The notes below the pieces were generated by a model, which was given only the letters and a program-made list of their open reading frames with translations, did not search any database and had not been told where the DNA came from. 64,000 bases of DNA from Pseudobdellovibrionaceae bacterium (GTDB lineage Bacteria; Bdellovibrionota; Bdellovibrionia; Bdellovibrionales; Bdellovibrionaceae): contig JBDHWW010000011.1 of assembly GCA_039810425.1 (NCBI GenBank), forward strand, positions 1 through 64,000, read 5' to 3'. Position 1 is the first letter of the stretch. Every line of letters begins with the position of its first letter. Positions 42,911-53,877 of this stretch are shown piece after piece. Position numbers and translations under genes: made by a program.

Positions 42911-43669
42911 ATGAAGACACTCAAAGAAGCATTCGTGACTGGTTGTTCCCTCTTGATGATTCTGATGATGGCGGCGTGTGCGAGTTTGACGACTCGCTCT
43001 CGCGACGACGGGGCCTTGGCGCAAGTGAAGAAGGTGGCGGTGATTGCCTATACCGCGAATCTGCCTGCGACAAGAAATCTGTCGTTAGATCTTGGCAGCG
43101 GCAAAGTGGGTGGCGAGGCCGGTGGCACCATGATTCCGCAGACTTCGACCGAGACTGATAAAATCTATTCAGAGTTCGCAAAGTCACTCGAGAAAACTCA
43201 GGGATGGAAAGTGGTGGATGCATCGACGATGCTGAAGAACCCGGGATATGTCAGTGCTTACAAAAATACTATGGAGGGCTGGCAGCAGAAGATGCCTCCG
43301 GGGCAAGGCACGACGGATTTTAACATGGCTTCTGTCATCGATTGGAACGGACCGAGATTGCTGAAGTACGATGGGCGGGAAAAGCTTCTGAAAGACCTCG
43401 GTGTCGATGCGATCGTGATGCTCAAGGTGAACGTGGTCTTTAACGGGACGACTGTGATGGGAATTGGTACGCGCAAACCAACCGCGCATGCTCACGTCGA
43501 GATCTTCGGTAAAGGTGCTGAAAAGCCAGTTTGGTTTGAGACATTTGAAGGTGAACCAAGTTCTGAGTCCGTGGGGATGACTGGATTTATCAACGAGAAG
43601 AGACTGGGCGAGTTATCACTGTACTCTGCTCAGACTGCCTTCGCGAAGATGGGTTCGAAGGTAAACTAG
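42911..43669 (+). CDS. hypothetical lipoprotein
   Basis: AGGAGG SD; lipobox MAAC; VKKVAVI and LGVDAIV (CsgG/LpoB-like fold possible). Confidence 0.72.
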   Translation: MKTLKEAFVTGCSLLMILMMAACASLTTRSRDDGALAQVKKVAVIAYTANLPATRNLSLDLGSGKVGGEAGGTMIPQTSTETDKIYSEFAKSLEKTQGWKVVDASTMLKNPGYVSAYKNTMEGWQQKMPPGQGTTDFNMASVIDWNGPRLLKYDGREKLLKDLGVDAIVMLKVNVVFNGTTVMGIGTRKPTAHAHVEIFGKGAEKPVWFETFEGEPSSESVGMTGFINEKRLGELSLYSAQTAFAKMGSKVN

Positions 43670-43685
43670 TGATTCTCAGAAGAAG

Positions 43686-43717
43686 GGCCTCCCGCCGGAA
43701 GCGGGAGGCCTTTTTTT
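43686..43717 (+). terminator. intrinsic terminator
   Basis: GGCCTCCCGC-CGGAA-GCGGGAGGCC-TTTTTTT. Confidence 0.9.
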
Positions 43718-43728
43718 ACTTTAGACAT

Positions 43729-43761
43729 AAAAAAAGCCGGTGTTTGTGACACCGGCTTTTT
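43729..43761 (-). terminator. intrinsic terminator of fusA
   Basis: AAAAAAAGCCGGTG-TTTGTGA-CACCGGCTTTTT. Confidence 0.88.
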
Positions 43762-43784
43762 GAGTTTCGCTTTTATCGCAAGAA

Positions 43785-45893
43785 CTACTTATTTTCAGCT
43801 GCGCGCTTAGCTTGGTATTTCTTAACGAGTTCCTCTTGGATGTTGCGAGGAGCCGCTTGGTATTTAGCGAATTCCATAGTGAACTCACCTTTACCTTTAG
43901 TTGCAGAACGCAAATCTGTTGAGTAACCGAACATTTCTGTGAGCGGCACTTCCGCCTCGATCACACAAGTTCCTTCGAATGCTGTTGTACCAACAACCAC
44001 ACCACGACGTTGGCTGATTTGACCAGCCGCAGGTCCTTGGTATTCTTCTGGAACTGTTGTTTCGAGCTTCATGATCGGCTCAAGAACAGTTGGTTTTGCG
44101 GCAGGGTACACTTCACGAAGCGCAGCCATCGCAGCGATTTTGAAGGCCATGTAAGATGAATCGACATCATGGTAAGCACCGTCAGTCAATTCTACCTCTA
44201 CGCCAACGATAGGGAAGCCAATGAGTGGACCCTTAACCGTTTGCTCTTTGAAACCTTCTTCAACAGCTGGGATGAATTCCTTAGGAATGCGACCACCGAC
44301 AACGCTGTTTTCAAATTTGAATACGGCGCCATCTTCTTGCGGAGGCAACGGACGAACAGCACCAACGATTTTCGCGTACTGACCAGAACCACCCGTTTGT
44401 TTCTTGTGAGTGTAGTCAAACGGAGCTTCAACGGCGATTGTTTCACGGTAAGCAACCTGAGGTTGACCGACAACAACTTCACAGTTGAATTCGCGTTTCA
44501 TACGCTCAACGTAGATTTCCAAGTGGAGCTCGCCCATACCAGAGATGATAGTTTCGTTAGATTCTTCATCGCGGTGAACGCGGAAAGTAGGATCTTCTTT
44601 ACGGAACTTTTGAAGTGCCTTAGAGAAGTTGTTCGCGCCTTCTTTGTTCTTAGGAGCCACCGCCAAGCTGATAACCGCGTCTGGAACGTGCATTGATTGC
44701 ATAGAAGCTTCAATACGATCGTCACAGAAAGTGTCACCAGATGCGCAATCGATACCGAACAAGGCAACGATGTCACCCGCGTATGCCACGTCGATATCTT
44801 CCATCTTGTCAGAGTGCATGCGCACCAAACGAGGAATCTTAACAGATTTCTTATTCGTTTGATTCACGATGAAATCGCCTTTACCCATTTTACCTTGGTA
44901 AATACGCATGTAAGTCAACTGACCGAATGGAGTCTCAGCCAATTTGAACGCCAAAGAAACCAATGGCTTCGTGTTGTCTGGGAACAGTTCGAATTTCTCT
45001 TCGTTTTTAGTCAAATCAAGAGCGTGCTCTTTTTTCTCAGCAGGAGATGGCAAGTAGTAAGTGACCGCGTCCATCAAGCGCTGAACGCCTTTGTTTTTGA
45101 ACGCTGAGCCGCAAAGAACTGGAACCAACTTCAAATTGATTGTACCAGCACGGATCGCCGCACGGATTTCTTCAGTCGTAGGCTCTTCTTCCATCAAGAA
45201 TTTCTCTTCGATTTTAGGATCGATATCAGCCAATTTGCCGATCATTTTTTGACGGTATTCTTTAGCTTGTTCAACCAAGTCAGCCGGGATATCGCCAACA
45301 GCGATTTTCTCGCCGTTGTCGCCCTCGTTGATGTAAGACTTCATATCCGTCAAATCGACGTGGCCACGATGTTGATCTTCCAAGCCGATAGGAATCTGGA
45401 TCATCACCGCATTCAGTTTCAATTTGTCGACCAACGCATCAGCAACGCGGAATGGATTAGCACCTTGACGGTCCAATTTGTTCACGAATGCCAAACGAGG
45501 AACACTGTAGCGTTTCATCTGACGGTCCACTGTGATTGACTGGGATTGAACGCCCGCAACACCACACAATAACAAAACAGCGCCGTCGAGAACGCGCAAA
45601 GAACGTTCAACTTCTACTGTGAAATCCACGTGCCCCGGTGTATCGATCAAGTTGATGGTATAATCTTTCCACTGTACCTGAGTCGCAGCAGACTGGATTG
45701 TAATACCTTTTTCACGCTCAAGATCCATGGAGTCCATCGTTGCGCCCACGCCGTCTTTTCCTTTAACTTCGTGGATCGCGTGGATACGACCTCCATAGAA
45801 CAAAATACGCTCAGATGTCGTGGTTTTTCCCGAGTCGATGTGAGCCGAGATACCGATATTTCTGACCATATCAATATTCCATTTTTTGGACAT
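43785..45893 (-). CDS. fusA: elongation factor G (spd/mtEF-G1 type)
   Basis: [63 protein letters not shown] insertion. Confidence 0.96.
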   Translation of the reverse strand: MSKKWNIDMVRNIGISAHIDSGKTTTSERILFYGGRIHAIHEVKGKDGVGATMDSMDLEREKGITIQSAATQVQWKDYTINLIDTPGHVDFTVEVERSLRVLDGAVLLLCGVAGVQSQSITVDRQMKRYSVPRLAFVNKLDRQGANPFRVADALVDKLKLNAVMIQIPIGLEDQHRGHVDLTDMKSYINEGDNGEKIAVGDIPADLVEQAKEYRQKMIGKLADIDPKIEEKFLMEEEPTTEEIRAAIRAGTINLKLVPVLCGSAFKNKGVQRLMDAVTYYLPSPAEKKEHALDLTKNEEKFELFPDNTKPLVSLAFKLAETPFGQLTYMRIYQGKMGKGDFIVNQTNKKSVKIPRLVRMHSDKMEDIDVAYAGDIVALFGIDCASGDTFCDDRIEASMQSMHVPDAVISLAVAPKNKEGANNFSKALQKFRKEDPTFRVHRDEESNETIISGMGELHLEIYVERMKREFNCEVVVGQPQVAYRETIAVEAPFDYTHKKQTGGSGQYAKIVGAVRPLPPQEDGAVFKFENSVVGGRIPKEFIPAVEEGFKEQTVKGPLIGFPIVGVEVELTDGAYHDVDSSYMAFKIAAMAALREVYPAAKPTVLEPIMKLETTVPEEYQGPAAGQISQRRGVVVGTTAFEGTCVIEAEVPLTEMFGYSTDLRSATKGKGEFTMEFAKYQAAPRNIQEELVKKYQAKRAAENK

Positions 45894-46035
45894 AACTATA
45901 CCCTTTTGTGTGTTAATGATTGCTTAAAGAACCTAAGGAGTTATCATTATTCGTCCCCCATTGCAAAAGAAGAATGTGACGAATCCGTGACGGCAAACCT
46001 TTGGCGCGGCGCTTAATCAGGCAAGGATTTAATGA

Positions 46036-47487
46036 GTGAATCTCTCCCAACTTTTAGCTGAAAACTTCCCCTATAAACAGTTTCGAGGCGAACAGGAAAA
46101 GATCCTGGACAGGGTCATGGCTGGGAGAGACACACTGGCGCTGATGCCGACGGGGATGGGGAAAAGCCTGTGTTTTCAGTTCCCCGCGAAAGTGCAAAAA
46201 GAACTCGTGTTGGTGATTTCACCCCTGATTGCTTTGATGGAAGATCAAGTCCATAAGGCCCGGAAACTCGGCATTTCCGCGACCTACTTAAGCTCTACCG
46301 TCAGCCGCGAAGAGCGTGAGTCCCGGCAAAAACGCCTGGCCGCCGGGGAGTTTCAGCTCTTTTATGTGACGCCCGAGCGTTTTCGCAAATCGGAATTCCT
46401 CGAAGCCATTCAAAAACGAAAACTTTTTTGCCTAGCAGTCGACGAGGCCCATTGCATTAGCCAGTGGGGCCACGATTTCCGTCCTGATTATTCACGGTTG
46501 GGCGAGTTCCGCCAGCTTCTGGGGAACCCGCCGGTCCTTGCTTTGACGGCGACCGCAACACCGGCTGTGCAAAAGGACATTTTGAAGCAGCTCGCTATGG
46601 AAAACTCGGGGGAAATCATTTTCGGCGGGTTAGAGCGCCCCAACCTTCAACTCCGAGTGCATGGTGTCTATGGCATCGATGAAAAGATCCGTGCGATCAT
46701 CGGCCTCCGCCATCAGGCTGCCGGTGCTGCGATTATTTACTGTTCGCTGATCCAGACTTTGAAAAAAGTATCCAGTGATTTGCGTCGTTTGGGTGTCGAG
46801 CACTTGGTATATCACGGCGATTTACCGGGGCAGGACCGAAAACGAAACCTGAAACGCTTCGTTTCTGAAGAGGCGCCGCTGATGGTGGCGACGCCGGCGT
46901 TTGGCTTGGGGATCGACAAAGAGAATGTACGCCTGTTGGTGCACGTGGAAATTCCCGGCTCCGTCGAGGCCTATTATCAAGAAGTGGGGCGGGCCGGCCG
47001 TGATGGTCTGCCGTCACAATGTCATTTGCTCTATGATCAAGACGATGTCTCGATCCAGATGGAGTTTTTAAAGTGGTCACATCCGGAACCGGAGTTTATC
47101 AGTCAAGTGTATCAGCTGATTGTGAAAAATCGTGGGCCGCTGGATCAAGAAGGCTTTGAGTATCTCCGCGGGCAGATGAGCTTTAAAAATCGCCGCGACT
47201 TCCGGGCGGAAAGTGCCGTGCGTATTTTAGAGCGTTGGGATTGTTTGGAGGCCGCTCCAGACCTGCCGTTCCCGTATGTGGCCGTGCGAGAACCGACACC
47301 GGAAATGTTTGCGGCCGAAAATTCTCCGGCGCTTCTGAAAAGCCAGAATCAAAAGCTCTACGACATCGTTCGCTATGCCACTCGTGAAGATGAGTGCCGG
47401 CTTCTGCAAGTTTATGAATACTTTGGCCATGAAGGCGCGAGCCAATGCGGGCACTGTGACGTGTGCCTTGCCGCTCCAGCCCTATAG
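46036..47487 (+). CDS. recQ: RecQ family ATP-dependent DNA helicase
   Basis: [44 protein letters not shown]-terminal Zn site CR...CGHCDVC; no HRDC domain. Confidence 0.9.
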   Translation: MNLSQLLAENFPYKQFRGEQEKILDRVMAGRDTLALMPTGMGKSLCFQFPAKVQKELVLVISPLIALMEDQVHKARKLGISATYLSSTVSREERESRQKRLAAGEFQLFYVTPERFRKSEFLEAIQKRKLFCLAVDEAHCISQWGHDFRPDYSRLGEFRQLLGNPPVLALTATATPAVQKDILKQLAMENSGEIIFGGLERPNLQLRVHGVYGIDEKIRAIIGLRHQAAGAAIIYCSLIQTLKKVSSDLRRLGVEHLVYHGDLPGQDRKRNLKRFVSEEAPLMVATPAFGLGIDKENVRLLVHVEIPGSVEAYYQEVGRAGRDGLPSQCHLLYDQDDVSIQMEFLKWSHPEPEFISQVYQLIVKNRGPLDQEGFEYLRGQMSFKNRRDFRAESAVRILERWDCLEAAPDLPFPYVAVREPTPEMFAAENSPALLKSQNQKLYDIVRYATREDECRLLQVYEYFGHEGASQCGHCDVCLAAPAL

Positions 47488-47623
47488 CGAGATTGAAGCG
47501 GGTCGGAAACGGGCTTTGGCGTGAGTCTAAAGGCAATCCCGGCGACGAGCCATGTGAGGAAGCTGTCGGGTTTTGTTCCTGTTTTTCTCCAATTGTTTTT
47601 TTCGATTGAAACCGTCGCATTCA

Positions 47624-48277
47624 CTAGGGGCGAAAAATACTGAAATGATCAAAGACCTGCGGTTCTTTCATGGCATACAACCACGGGTGACCTTGATAAA
47701 TCCAGTGACGGATGCCCCGGCCACGCGCCACCACCGTGATAGATTTTTGCAGGGAGATCTTTTTAAGATCTTCGAGAGTTTTTTCAATTGCCGGACGGCC
47801 GCCAAAATCAAAAATAAAATAATACTCCGCCAGTGCGGGGGTGAAATCGGAAGCGCTGAGATCCGCGGTTTCAAGGCGACAACGAGGATAATCGAAATTT
47901 GCGAGAACTCTGCGGCCTTCTTGCACACGTTCGTCGACGAACTCGTAGCCGATAAAATTCACGCGCGGGTAGTGATGGCCCAAGACGAGGGCCATGCGCC
48001 CATAGGCGCAGCCGAGATCAATGACAGTGCTGTCGTTTTCAGGCGAAAGTAAGTCCAAAATTTGACGAAGTTCCGTGTAAGGCGTTTGCATGGCTTGTAC
48101 CGGGAGCCCCACCCATGCTTGGACATCAGCGGAAACACTTTTTGGTCCCCAATCATTGAAGAGCCTTTTTTCGATCTCGTCGGTTTGAAACCCAAGATAT
48201 GCATCGACCATGACAGCATGCTCCTGAGCGTCTGTATAAGAATGGGATGCCTCAGGTAAGCGTGGAAATAAGTCCAT
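47624..48277 (-). CDS. class I SAM-dependent methyltransferase
   Basis: QTPY, IDLGCAYGRM, GYEFVDERV, YYFIFDFG. Confidence 0.8.
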   Translation of the reverse strand: MDLFPRLPEASHSYTDAQEHAVMVDAYLGFQTDEIEKRLFNDWGPKSVSADVQAWVGLPVQAMQTPYTELRQILDLLSPENDSTVIDLGCAYGRMALVLGHHYPRVNFIGYEFVDERVQEGRRVLANFDYPRCRLETADLSASDFTPALAEYYFIFDFGGRPAIEKTLEDLKKISLQKSITVVARGRGIRHWIYQGHPWLYAMKEPQVFDHFSIFRP

Positions 48278-48461
48278 AAGGTTTAAAACGATTTTAGCCA
48301 GGAGGGACGCCCTTTTCGATTTTGTTGAAGCTTATTTATCGAATGGAAACACAGTATCAGGAGAATTAAAAAAAGTTAATCGCGTTCTCATAGGTTCTTA
48401 ATCCGTCCGAAGTAAGATTTATTTACAAGCAATAAATACCAACGAAAAACAAGGAGTTCGT

Positions 48462-48719
48462 ATGAAAAGTCTTATTACCGCAATGGTTCTTTTGGGTTCT
48501 GTTTCTGCGTTTGCTGGCCATGAAGGCTCAAAGCCTTGCCAGGAAATCAATCTGGCTTGCCAATCCGCTGGCTTCAAAAAAGGCGACCATAAAGAGAAAA
48601 AAGGTCTTTTTAAAGACTGCGTTCAGCCGATCTTGATGGGACAAACTGTTACTGGTGTAAGCGTTAGCGCGGATGTTGTGTCTGCTTGTAAAGCAAAGAA
48701 AATGGCTCACGGCAAATAA
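48462..48719 (+). CDS. small secreted Cys-containing protein
   Basis: AAGGAG SD; signal peptide (AFA); 4 Cys. Confidence 0.78.
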   Translation: MKSLITAMVLLGSVSAFAGHEGSKPCQEINLACQSAGFKKGDHKEKKGLFKDCVQPILMGQTVTGVSVSADVVSACKAKKMAHGK

Positions 48720-48734
48720 GCTGAATTGCAGAAA

Positions 48735-48778
48735 TAAAATAAAAAAGCCTTCGAAATATCGAAGGCTTTTTTATTTTA
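48735..48778. terminator. bidirectional terminator
   Basis: 20-bp perfect inverted repeat TAAAATAAAAAAGCCTTCGA-AATA-TCGAAGGCTTTTTTATTTTA between convergent genes. Confidence 0.88.
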
Positions 48779-48803
48779 CGTCTTGCAATGATCGGATTGA
48801 ATA

Positions 48804-49121
48804 CTAGTTGCCAATGTGGATCGTGGTCGTCGCGCCCGGCGTGTTTCCAGTGTGGGAGCTATCTTTGCCGCCTGTAAGTTGCTTCATTTCAGCCTGATTT
48901 TTTAGAGTGGCAAGGCAAGTGTCGTAGCCGGTTTCACCAATGCGGTAAGTTTGACCTGCCGTTGTTGTGCAAGTCGTTTGGATCGCTACTTTGCCGCCAG
49001 CGGCTTTACTGCCGTTCATGAGGAACTTTCTATATTCAGAAAAATTCAAATCTTGAGCAAAAGCCAGAGAGCTTAATTGAACGGTGACGCCGAGCAGAAC
49101 CGAAAAGAACAAGACCTTCAT
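48804..49121 (-). CDS. small secreted hypothetical protein
   Basis: GGAGG SD; signal peptide (AFA); CTTTAGQTYRIGETGYDTCL. Confidence 0.75.
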   Translation of the reverse strand: MKVLFFSVLLGVTVQLSSLAFAQDLNFSEYRKFLMNGSKAAGGKVAIQTTCTTTAGQTYRIGETGYDTCLATLKNQAEMKQLTGGKDSSHTGNTPGATTTIHIGN

Positions 49122-49179
49122 TGATTAAAACCTCCGCAAGTTTTTTTGAAGCTACACAATGGACGTCCTTGGAATCAAG

Positions 49180-49214
49180 AAAAAAAAGGCCTCAGGGAGT
49201 AAACCCCGAGGCCC
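49180..49214 (-). terminator. intrinsic terminator ending the 57239-49248 operon
   Basis: Minus strand GGCCTC.GGG...CCC.GAGGCC followed by a run of T. Confidence 0.75.
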
Positions 49215-49247
49215 CATGAGATCTTACGTTAGCCTCACACCTGCGGA

Positions 49248-49823
49248 TTAGCGAGAAAGCAGTAAGAACACATTTCTAATATACAAATTACCGTTTCCGT
49301 AGATCACGATGCTATCCGCACCATAACCAATATAAGTGGATTGGTTAGGGAAAATGCGGAAGTTGTTTGGATAGGCGTTCAAGTTGATCGTTGGCGCCGC
49401 TTGAAAGCCGTTGATCAAGACATCAATAAGCGCCGTGTTGTACTGAGCATTCGCGGTGAAATCGACGGCCACCAATCTGTAACCTTGGTATTGGTACAAG
49501 TTGACGTACTGGCCGATATCAATGCGGTCACTGCCCAACATATAGCGATCTGCATAAACGGGAACACTGATCGTGCCATAACCTGGATCTGGATTGCCTG
49601 GAAAAGGCGGTGGACCCGGATCAGGTCTTACTGGCGGACGAGGACGAGGGCGAGGACCCGGGCGGACTGGGCCTGGAACTCCAGGACCGCGTCCGGGGCC
49701 GCGACCAGGGCCGTAGCCGGGCCCACGTCCAGGGCCCGGTGGGTTGCCTGGAGTGATGTAGGCTTCGGCCGCCACCGCTGACAAAGTCAGCGCGGCAGCA
49801 AGGATTAGAAAAAGTTTTTTCAT
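49248..49823 (-). CDS. secreted protein with Pro/Gly/Arg-rich N-terminus and beta-rich C-terminal domain
   Basis: Signal peptide (AEA); PGRGPG repeats; beta-strand pattern from aa ~84. Confidence 0.8.
   Translation of the reverse strand: MKKLFLILAAALTLSAVAAEAYITPGNPPGPGRGPGYGPGRGPGRGPGVPGPVRPGPRPRPRPPVRPDPGPPPFPGNPDPGYGTISVPVYADRYMLGSDRIDIGQYVNLYQYQGYRLVAVDFTANAQYNTALIDVLINGFQAAPTINLNAYPNNFRIFPNQSTYIGYGADSIVIYGNGNLYIRNVFLLLSR
49580..49750 (-). repeat. GPGR/PRP low-complexity peptide repeats
   Basis: PGPGRGPGYGPGRGPGRGPGVPGPVRPGPRPRPRPPVRPDPGPPPFPG. Confidence 0.8.
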
Positions 49824-49848
49824 AAAAATGTTTCCTTGTTAGAAAAGA

Positions 49849-50751
49849 CTACCAGTTCACTTGGTCGACATCGTAACCCCAGTTCGCGAGGGATTTACGA
49901 TACATACCTTTTACGAATTTTTGAGCTTGGTCTGGTTTTAAACCGAGGGCTGCCGCAGATCTGTTAGTCAAATCAGCCATGCCCGCAGTGCTACCATTCT
50001 GCAATTCTTTAACCGCCGTTAAAGCGTCAGCAAACTTAACCCCGAAAACAGATTTGAAAGTTTTATCCATATCTGCAGGAGTTGTTTGACCGCGCTCTGC
50101 AGCTGCAACAGCCCAAGAGTTCAATGCAGAAGCAACCGCAACAGCTTTGTCTTGTTTGAAGCCGTATTCTTTCATCAATTTATCAGTCGCCAATTTCACG
50201 AGTTTTTTGTTCGTGTCTGACTTAAGAGCTGCGAAGTTTGAATCGGATGCCTTTGAAGAAGACTTGTTGTTGATCGCTTCGCCGTAGTTCGACTCGCCAG
50301 GGTTCGCATTGTAAAGAACACCGTTTTTACCGAGCCAGTATGTACCGCCGGCAATGTCTTCCCAGTAGAGACCTGTAGAGCCAACTCCGATTGTTGTCCC
50401 GCCGACGTACCCCGCGAAGTCGCTAGGGCTTGCGTAGTATCGGAAGCCGCCATACTGGTCATAGACCGCAGCAGTTCCACCGCCGTCAAACTTCACATAC
50501 CACATATCGTCGGAACCGTGGCCGCTTTTGCCGTAGTCAGTATCTTCAGTTACTTTGATACGTTGACCGTCTCTAGTTAAGAATGTGCAACCCGGAGTTG
50601 GCTGTTGGGTTGTGCATACGTCGCCATAGACAGTTTCATATGGGTAGTAAAGAATTTGGCTACTGCCGCCACTAACGCCACCGCCACCGCCGCAAGCTGC
50701 GAGAGTCGCAAGTACTATTCCCGTCAGGGCTGTTGTGATTTGTTTTTTCAT
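49849..50751 (-). CDS. hypothetical lipoprotein
   Basis: GAGGAGGA SD; lipobox LAAC + GGGGG; Tyr/Gly-rich N-terminal domain and helical C-terminal domain. Confidence 0.82.
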   Translation of the reverse strand: MKKQITTALTGIVLATLAACGGGGGVSGGSSQILYYPYETVYGDVCTTQQPTPGCTFLTRDGQRIKVTEDTDYGKSGHGSDDMWYVKFDGGGTAAVYDQYGGFRYYASPSDFAGYVGGTTIGVGSTGLYWEDIAGGTYWLGKNGVLYNANPGESNYGEAINNKSSSKASDSNFAALKSDTNKKLVKLATDKLMKEYGFKQDKAVAVASALNSWAVAAAERGQTTPADMDKTFKSVFGVKFADALTAVKELQNGSTAGMADLTNRSAAALGLKPDQAQKFVKGMYRKSLANWGYDVDQVNW

Positions 50752-50796
50752 GTGATTTCCTCCTCTTTTGGTCTCTAGCTTTGTGAGACCTTTATT

Positions 50797-53700
50797 TTAA
50801 TAAGTTAAAGGCATTCTCAAAATTGTATCCTTGCAGCGGAAGTCGAGTGCATGGCTTGTGGCCCCGCCCACAAAAACCGGTGTCGCCAGCGGCGTGCATC
50901 CCGCCGCAGCAAATCTCAAGCGCGCAGGTGACACCACTTCAATAACTTTCTGCGCTGAACCAGTCCCTGCAAAAACCGGGACAAGCATTTTGACCCCGCG
51001 ATTCAGGCCCGACCGCTCTGTTGTGAACAGAGCTGGCAGGCGTGTCGACGGATTCTTCGTATCTCCGAGAGTCACCGGGAAATACAAGTTCGTCATGAGC
51101 ATGTCCGGATAGAACGTATAGCGCTCCATGCTGTGTGATGCCACTTGGTGATGGTCTAAATCGTGATATTGGATATCGCTGTTTGTCAGTACAAAGGCGC
51201 CGTTTCGGTTGTCACCGGCAAATGCGGCGCGCACCCACAAGGCGGAGTCCGTTTGGGAGTTCTGAGCTTGCAGGGTGTTGTCGATAATATCAAGGTTTTT
51301 GTTGTCGAAGATTGACAGGCGCTGCTCGCGAAGCAGCCCTTCACCGAACCAGAAGTTGCCGGCGAAAACACGGTCGTCGCTAGAAGTATTGTACACTTTA
51401 TCGACGCGTGTTTCGAAGATGTTGCGGTAGTTGCCGGCCTGGCCAAAGCTGCCCATTTCGGCGAAGTTGATCACTTGGCCGTCAAGAACTTCAGCGACTG
51501 CGAACTTGTAGAGGTAAGAAGCTTTGGCTTCAGTGCCTTCATTCATTGCAAGCAGTACCGGAACCGCACCACGCTGGATTTGATCCGGGCGGGCTTCGAT
51601 CACATCGACGAAACGGTACCCTTGGTAGTCATCGAGACTGCGCAAAGTTGTTTCGTTCTCAAGATAGTAGAAGCGGGTTTTGTTGCCTTCGATCCCATCC
51701 GGATTTTCCCAACGGTCTTTGAGACCGCGTTTCTTTTGCGGATCTTTACCGCCGCCCACCCAAGCCGGGAATTTCTTGCCGTGACTTGTGTGCCAGTAGA
51801 TATCGTAAGGGATCAAAGCTTTTTCGCTGGTGTATTTGAAATTCTTCACCAAGTGCATGTCTTGATCGAAGATGAAGAACTGCATGTTGGTTTTTGTTTC
51901 ATCTTCTGGCGATTCGTCCAAATAACCGATCACGTATTCACTGCGGCCGTCGCCATCCCAGTCAAGACGGGCGGCCACCTGCTCACGGAACGCATCGGGA
52001 TCTCCGACAGGCTCGTCGAGATCAATCTTTGTGTTGCCACGGACTTGGTACTGATTTTTTTCTTGGCGCACTAACCAGAGCTCGCGGCTGTTATCGTCTT
52101 CAGAGAAGGCGATGTAGTCGCGGCCTGTTGGCTGGCCATCTAAGTTTTGGTCTATCGGAAGGAAGTCAAGACGGTCACGCTGGGGCAAGCCTTTGATCGG
52201 CAGAACCTGCATCTCGGCATCATTGATTGTTGGTGAAACAGGCACTGTGACGTCGACATCGAGAATGAAGCGGCGTTGAGAGCCGCTTGGCAAGGTGACT
52301 TGGCCAATCAAATCCAACTCGCCAGGCATACGTGGAGCCGTTTGCAAACGTACGACATATGTGCGAACTTCGCCTTGGACCCAAGTACCCGAATAACTTT
52401 GCTTTGGATTGACGGCTAATACAACCGGGCGAATCGCCTCGGCGTGGGGCTTTGCAAAGTAGAACTGCGTCTGCACTTTTGAAGCATCTATGGACGCCCA
52501 TTTATTCACAAGGCTGACTTCAACGTCGATGCTCGAAGCCTGGCGATTCCACTGGATTTCGATTTTTTCTTTTGTCGCAGGAACGATCAATGGCTGCAGG
52601 CTCACCGCAAGAGCCTTCGTAACATCAAGCTGGCCCGCCAAAAGATATCTCGGCGCCGCTTCTGTATTGATCGTGATCTTTTGTCCGCCGACAAGATTCT
52701 CAATCAAGTTGAGGCCTTGTTGGAGCGGGCGAGAGCCCAAGATCAAGCGCGGCAGGATCTCATTTGTTGGAATTCCACGGGCCAGCATTTCAGCCACGGC
52801 GCCCGTCACAAAGGGTGTCGCCTGGGAGGTCCCAGACAAATATTCATAACCGAGAGTGGATCTAAATCTGACGGGGCGAATGCTTTCAGGGAAGGTGCTA
52901 AGGATATTCACGCCAGGTGCCGCAATATCAACGCCGCTGCCAAAGTTTGAAAAGTGCGCAAGCGCGCCATCTGGACCTGTTGCGCCGACACAGATAACAC
53001 CCGGGTAGGTGCAAGGGCGAAGAAGTGCACGAGTTGAGTCGTTACCGGCTGCCGCCACGATGATGATACCGCGGCGTTGGGCTTCGCCGATGGCGTCACG
53101 CATGATTTGCGAGTCTTGTCCCGCAGGCCAACCCATCGAGAACGTAATCACTTTTGCCCCTGAGTGAATCGCATACATCACACCACGAGCCACGCTGTCA
53201 CCAAGGCTGCGCGGAGGCGTGCGGTTATCCTCTGCCGGGGCGATATCGACAGAGTAAGGCTTGATTGGCTCAGAAGGTTGCTCACCTAAAACTTGAACCG
53301 GAAGAATTTCGACGTTGTTACTGATACCGCGGACGCCGATGCCGTTGCCAGCAATCGCCGCGATGATCCCCGCAACGTGGGTCCCGTGGCCTTGATCGTC
53401 GTCAAAGTCCGGACGGCCCATGATTTGCGCGGCGTTTTTACCGCCAAGCAAGCTCCAACCTTGGCAATCCAGGGGATAGCCGTTGTGATCTTGATCGACT
53501 TCTGGATTTTTTAAATCCATCCATTTTTTTTCGCACTGTTTGCGATCGCCTTCTTGAACGCAAGCAAGGAACTTTTCTAAAGCGGCGCACTCCGTGGGGT
53601 TGCGATGAATGATGGCTTTCAAGTCCGGATGATCTTTTTGGATGCCGGTATCTAGAACCGCCACCAGAATTTTTTTAGAAGCTTGGACAGGGGCCGGCGC

Positions 53701-53877
53701 CCCGACGTCTTCGCCGCTGCGAGCCGGCACTTTATAAGTATGCATTGGATCCAAGTCGATGATCTGAGCCGTGCCGTCGTTATGGAGACCCCATTGGTTT
53801 TTCTCAAAGAGGTCGCCTGCGGCATGAGCGGAAAGGGCCGTGAATGTGATCAGCGGAAGAAGCTGCAAATATTTCAT
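50797..53877 (-). CDS. S8 (subtilisin) family serine protease with large C-terminal extension
   Basis: Signal peptide; VAVLDTG (Asp), HGTHVAG (His), AAAGND, GTSQATP (Ser); LDWDGDGRSE FG-GAP-like loop downstream. Confidence 0.9.
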   Translation of the reverse strand: MKYLQLLPLITFTALSAHAAGDLFEKNQWGLHNDGTAQIIDLDPMHTYKVPARSGEDVGAPAPVQASKKILVAVLDTGIQKDHPDLKAIIHRNPTECAALEKFLACVQEGDRKQCEKKWMDLKNPEVDQDHNGYPLDCQGWSLLGGKNAAQIMGRPDFDDDQGHGTHVAGIIAAIAGNGIGVRGISNNVEILPVQVLGEQPSEPIKPYSVDIAPAEDNRTPPRSLGDSVARGVMYAIHSGAKVITFSMGWPAGQDSQIMRDAIGEAQRRGIIIVAAAGNDSTRALLRPCTYPGVICVGATGPDGALAHFSNFGSGVDIAAPGVNILSTFPESIRPVRFRSTLGYEYLSGTSQATPFVTGAVAEMLARGIPTNEILPRLILGSRPLQQGLNLIENLVGGQKITINTEAAPRYLLAGQLDVTKALAVSLQPLIVPATKEKIEIQWNRQASSIDVEVSLVNKWASIDASKVQTQFYFAKPHAEAIRPVVLAVNPKQSYSGTWVQGEVRTYVVRLQTAPRMPGELDLIGQVTLPSGSQRRFILDVDVTVPVSPTINDAEMQVLPIKGLPQRDRLDFLPIDQNLDGQPTGRDYIAFSEDDNSRELWLVRQEKNQYQVRGNTKIDLDEPVGDPDAFREQVAARLDWDGDGRSEYVIGYLDESPEDETKTNMQFFIFDQDMHLVKNFKYTSEKALIPYDIYWHTSHGKKFPAWVGGGKDPQKKRGLKDRWENPDGIEGNKTRFYYLENETTLRSLDDYQGYRFVDVIEARPDQIQRGAVPVLLAMNEGTEAKASYLYKFAVAEVLDGQVINFAEMGSFGQAGNYRNIFETRVDKVYNTSSDDRVFAGNFWFGEGLLREQRLSIFDNKNLDIIDNTLQAQNSQTDSALWVRAAFAGDNRNGAFVLTNSDIQYHDLDHHQVASHSMERYTFYPDMLMTNLYFPVTLGDTKNPSTRLPALFTTERSGLNRGVKMLVPVFAGTGSAQKVIEVVSPARLRFAAAGCTPLATPVFVGGATSHALDFRCKDTILRMPLTY

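Noticed and set aside
48735..48778. Long perfect inverted repeat as a MITE or REP element
   Set aside because: Single copy between convergent genes with A/T tails; explained as a bidirectional terminator.
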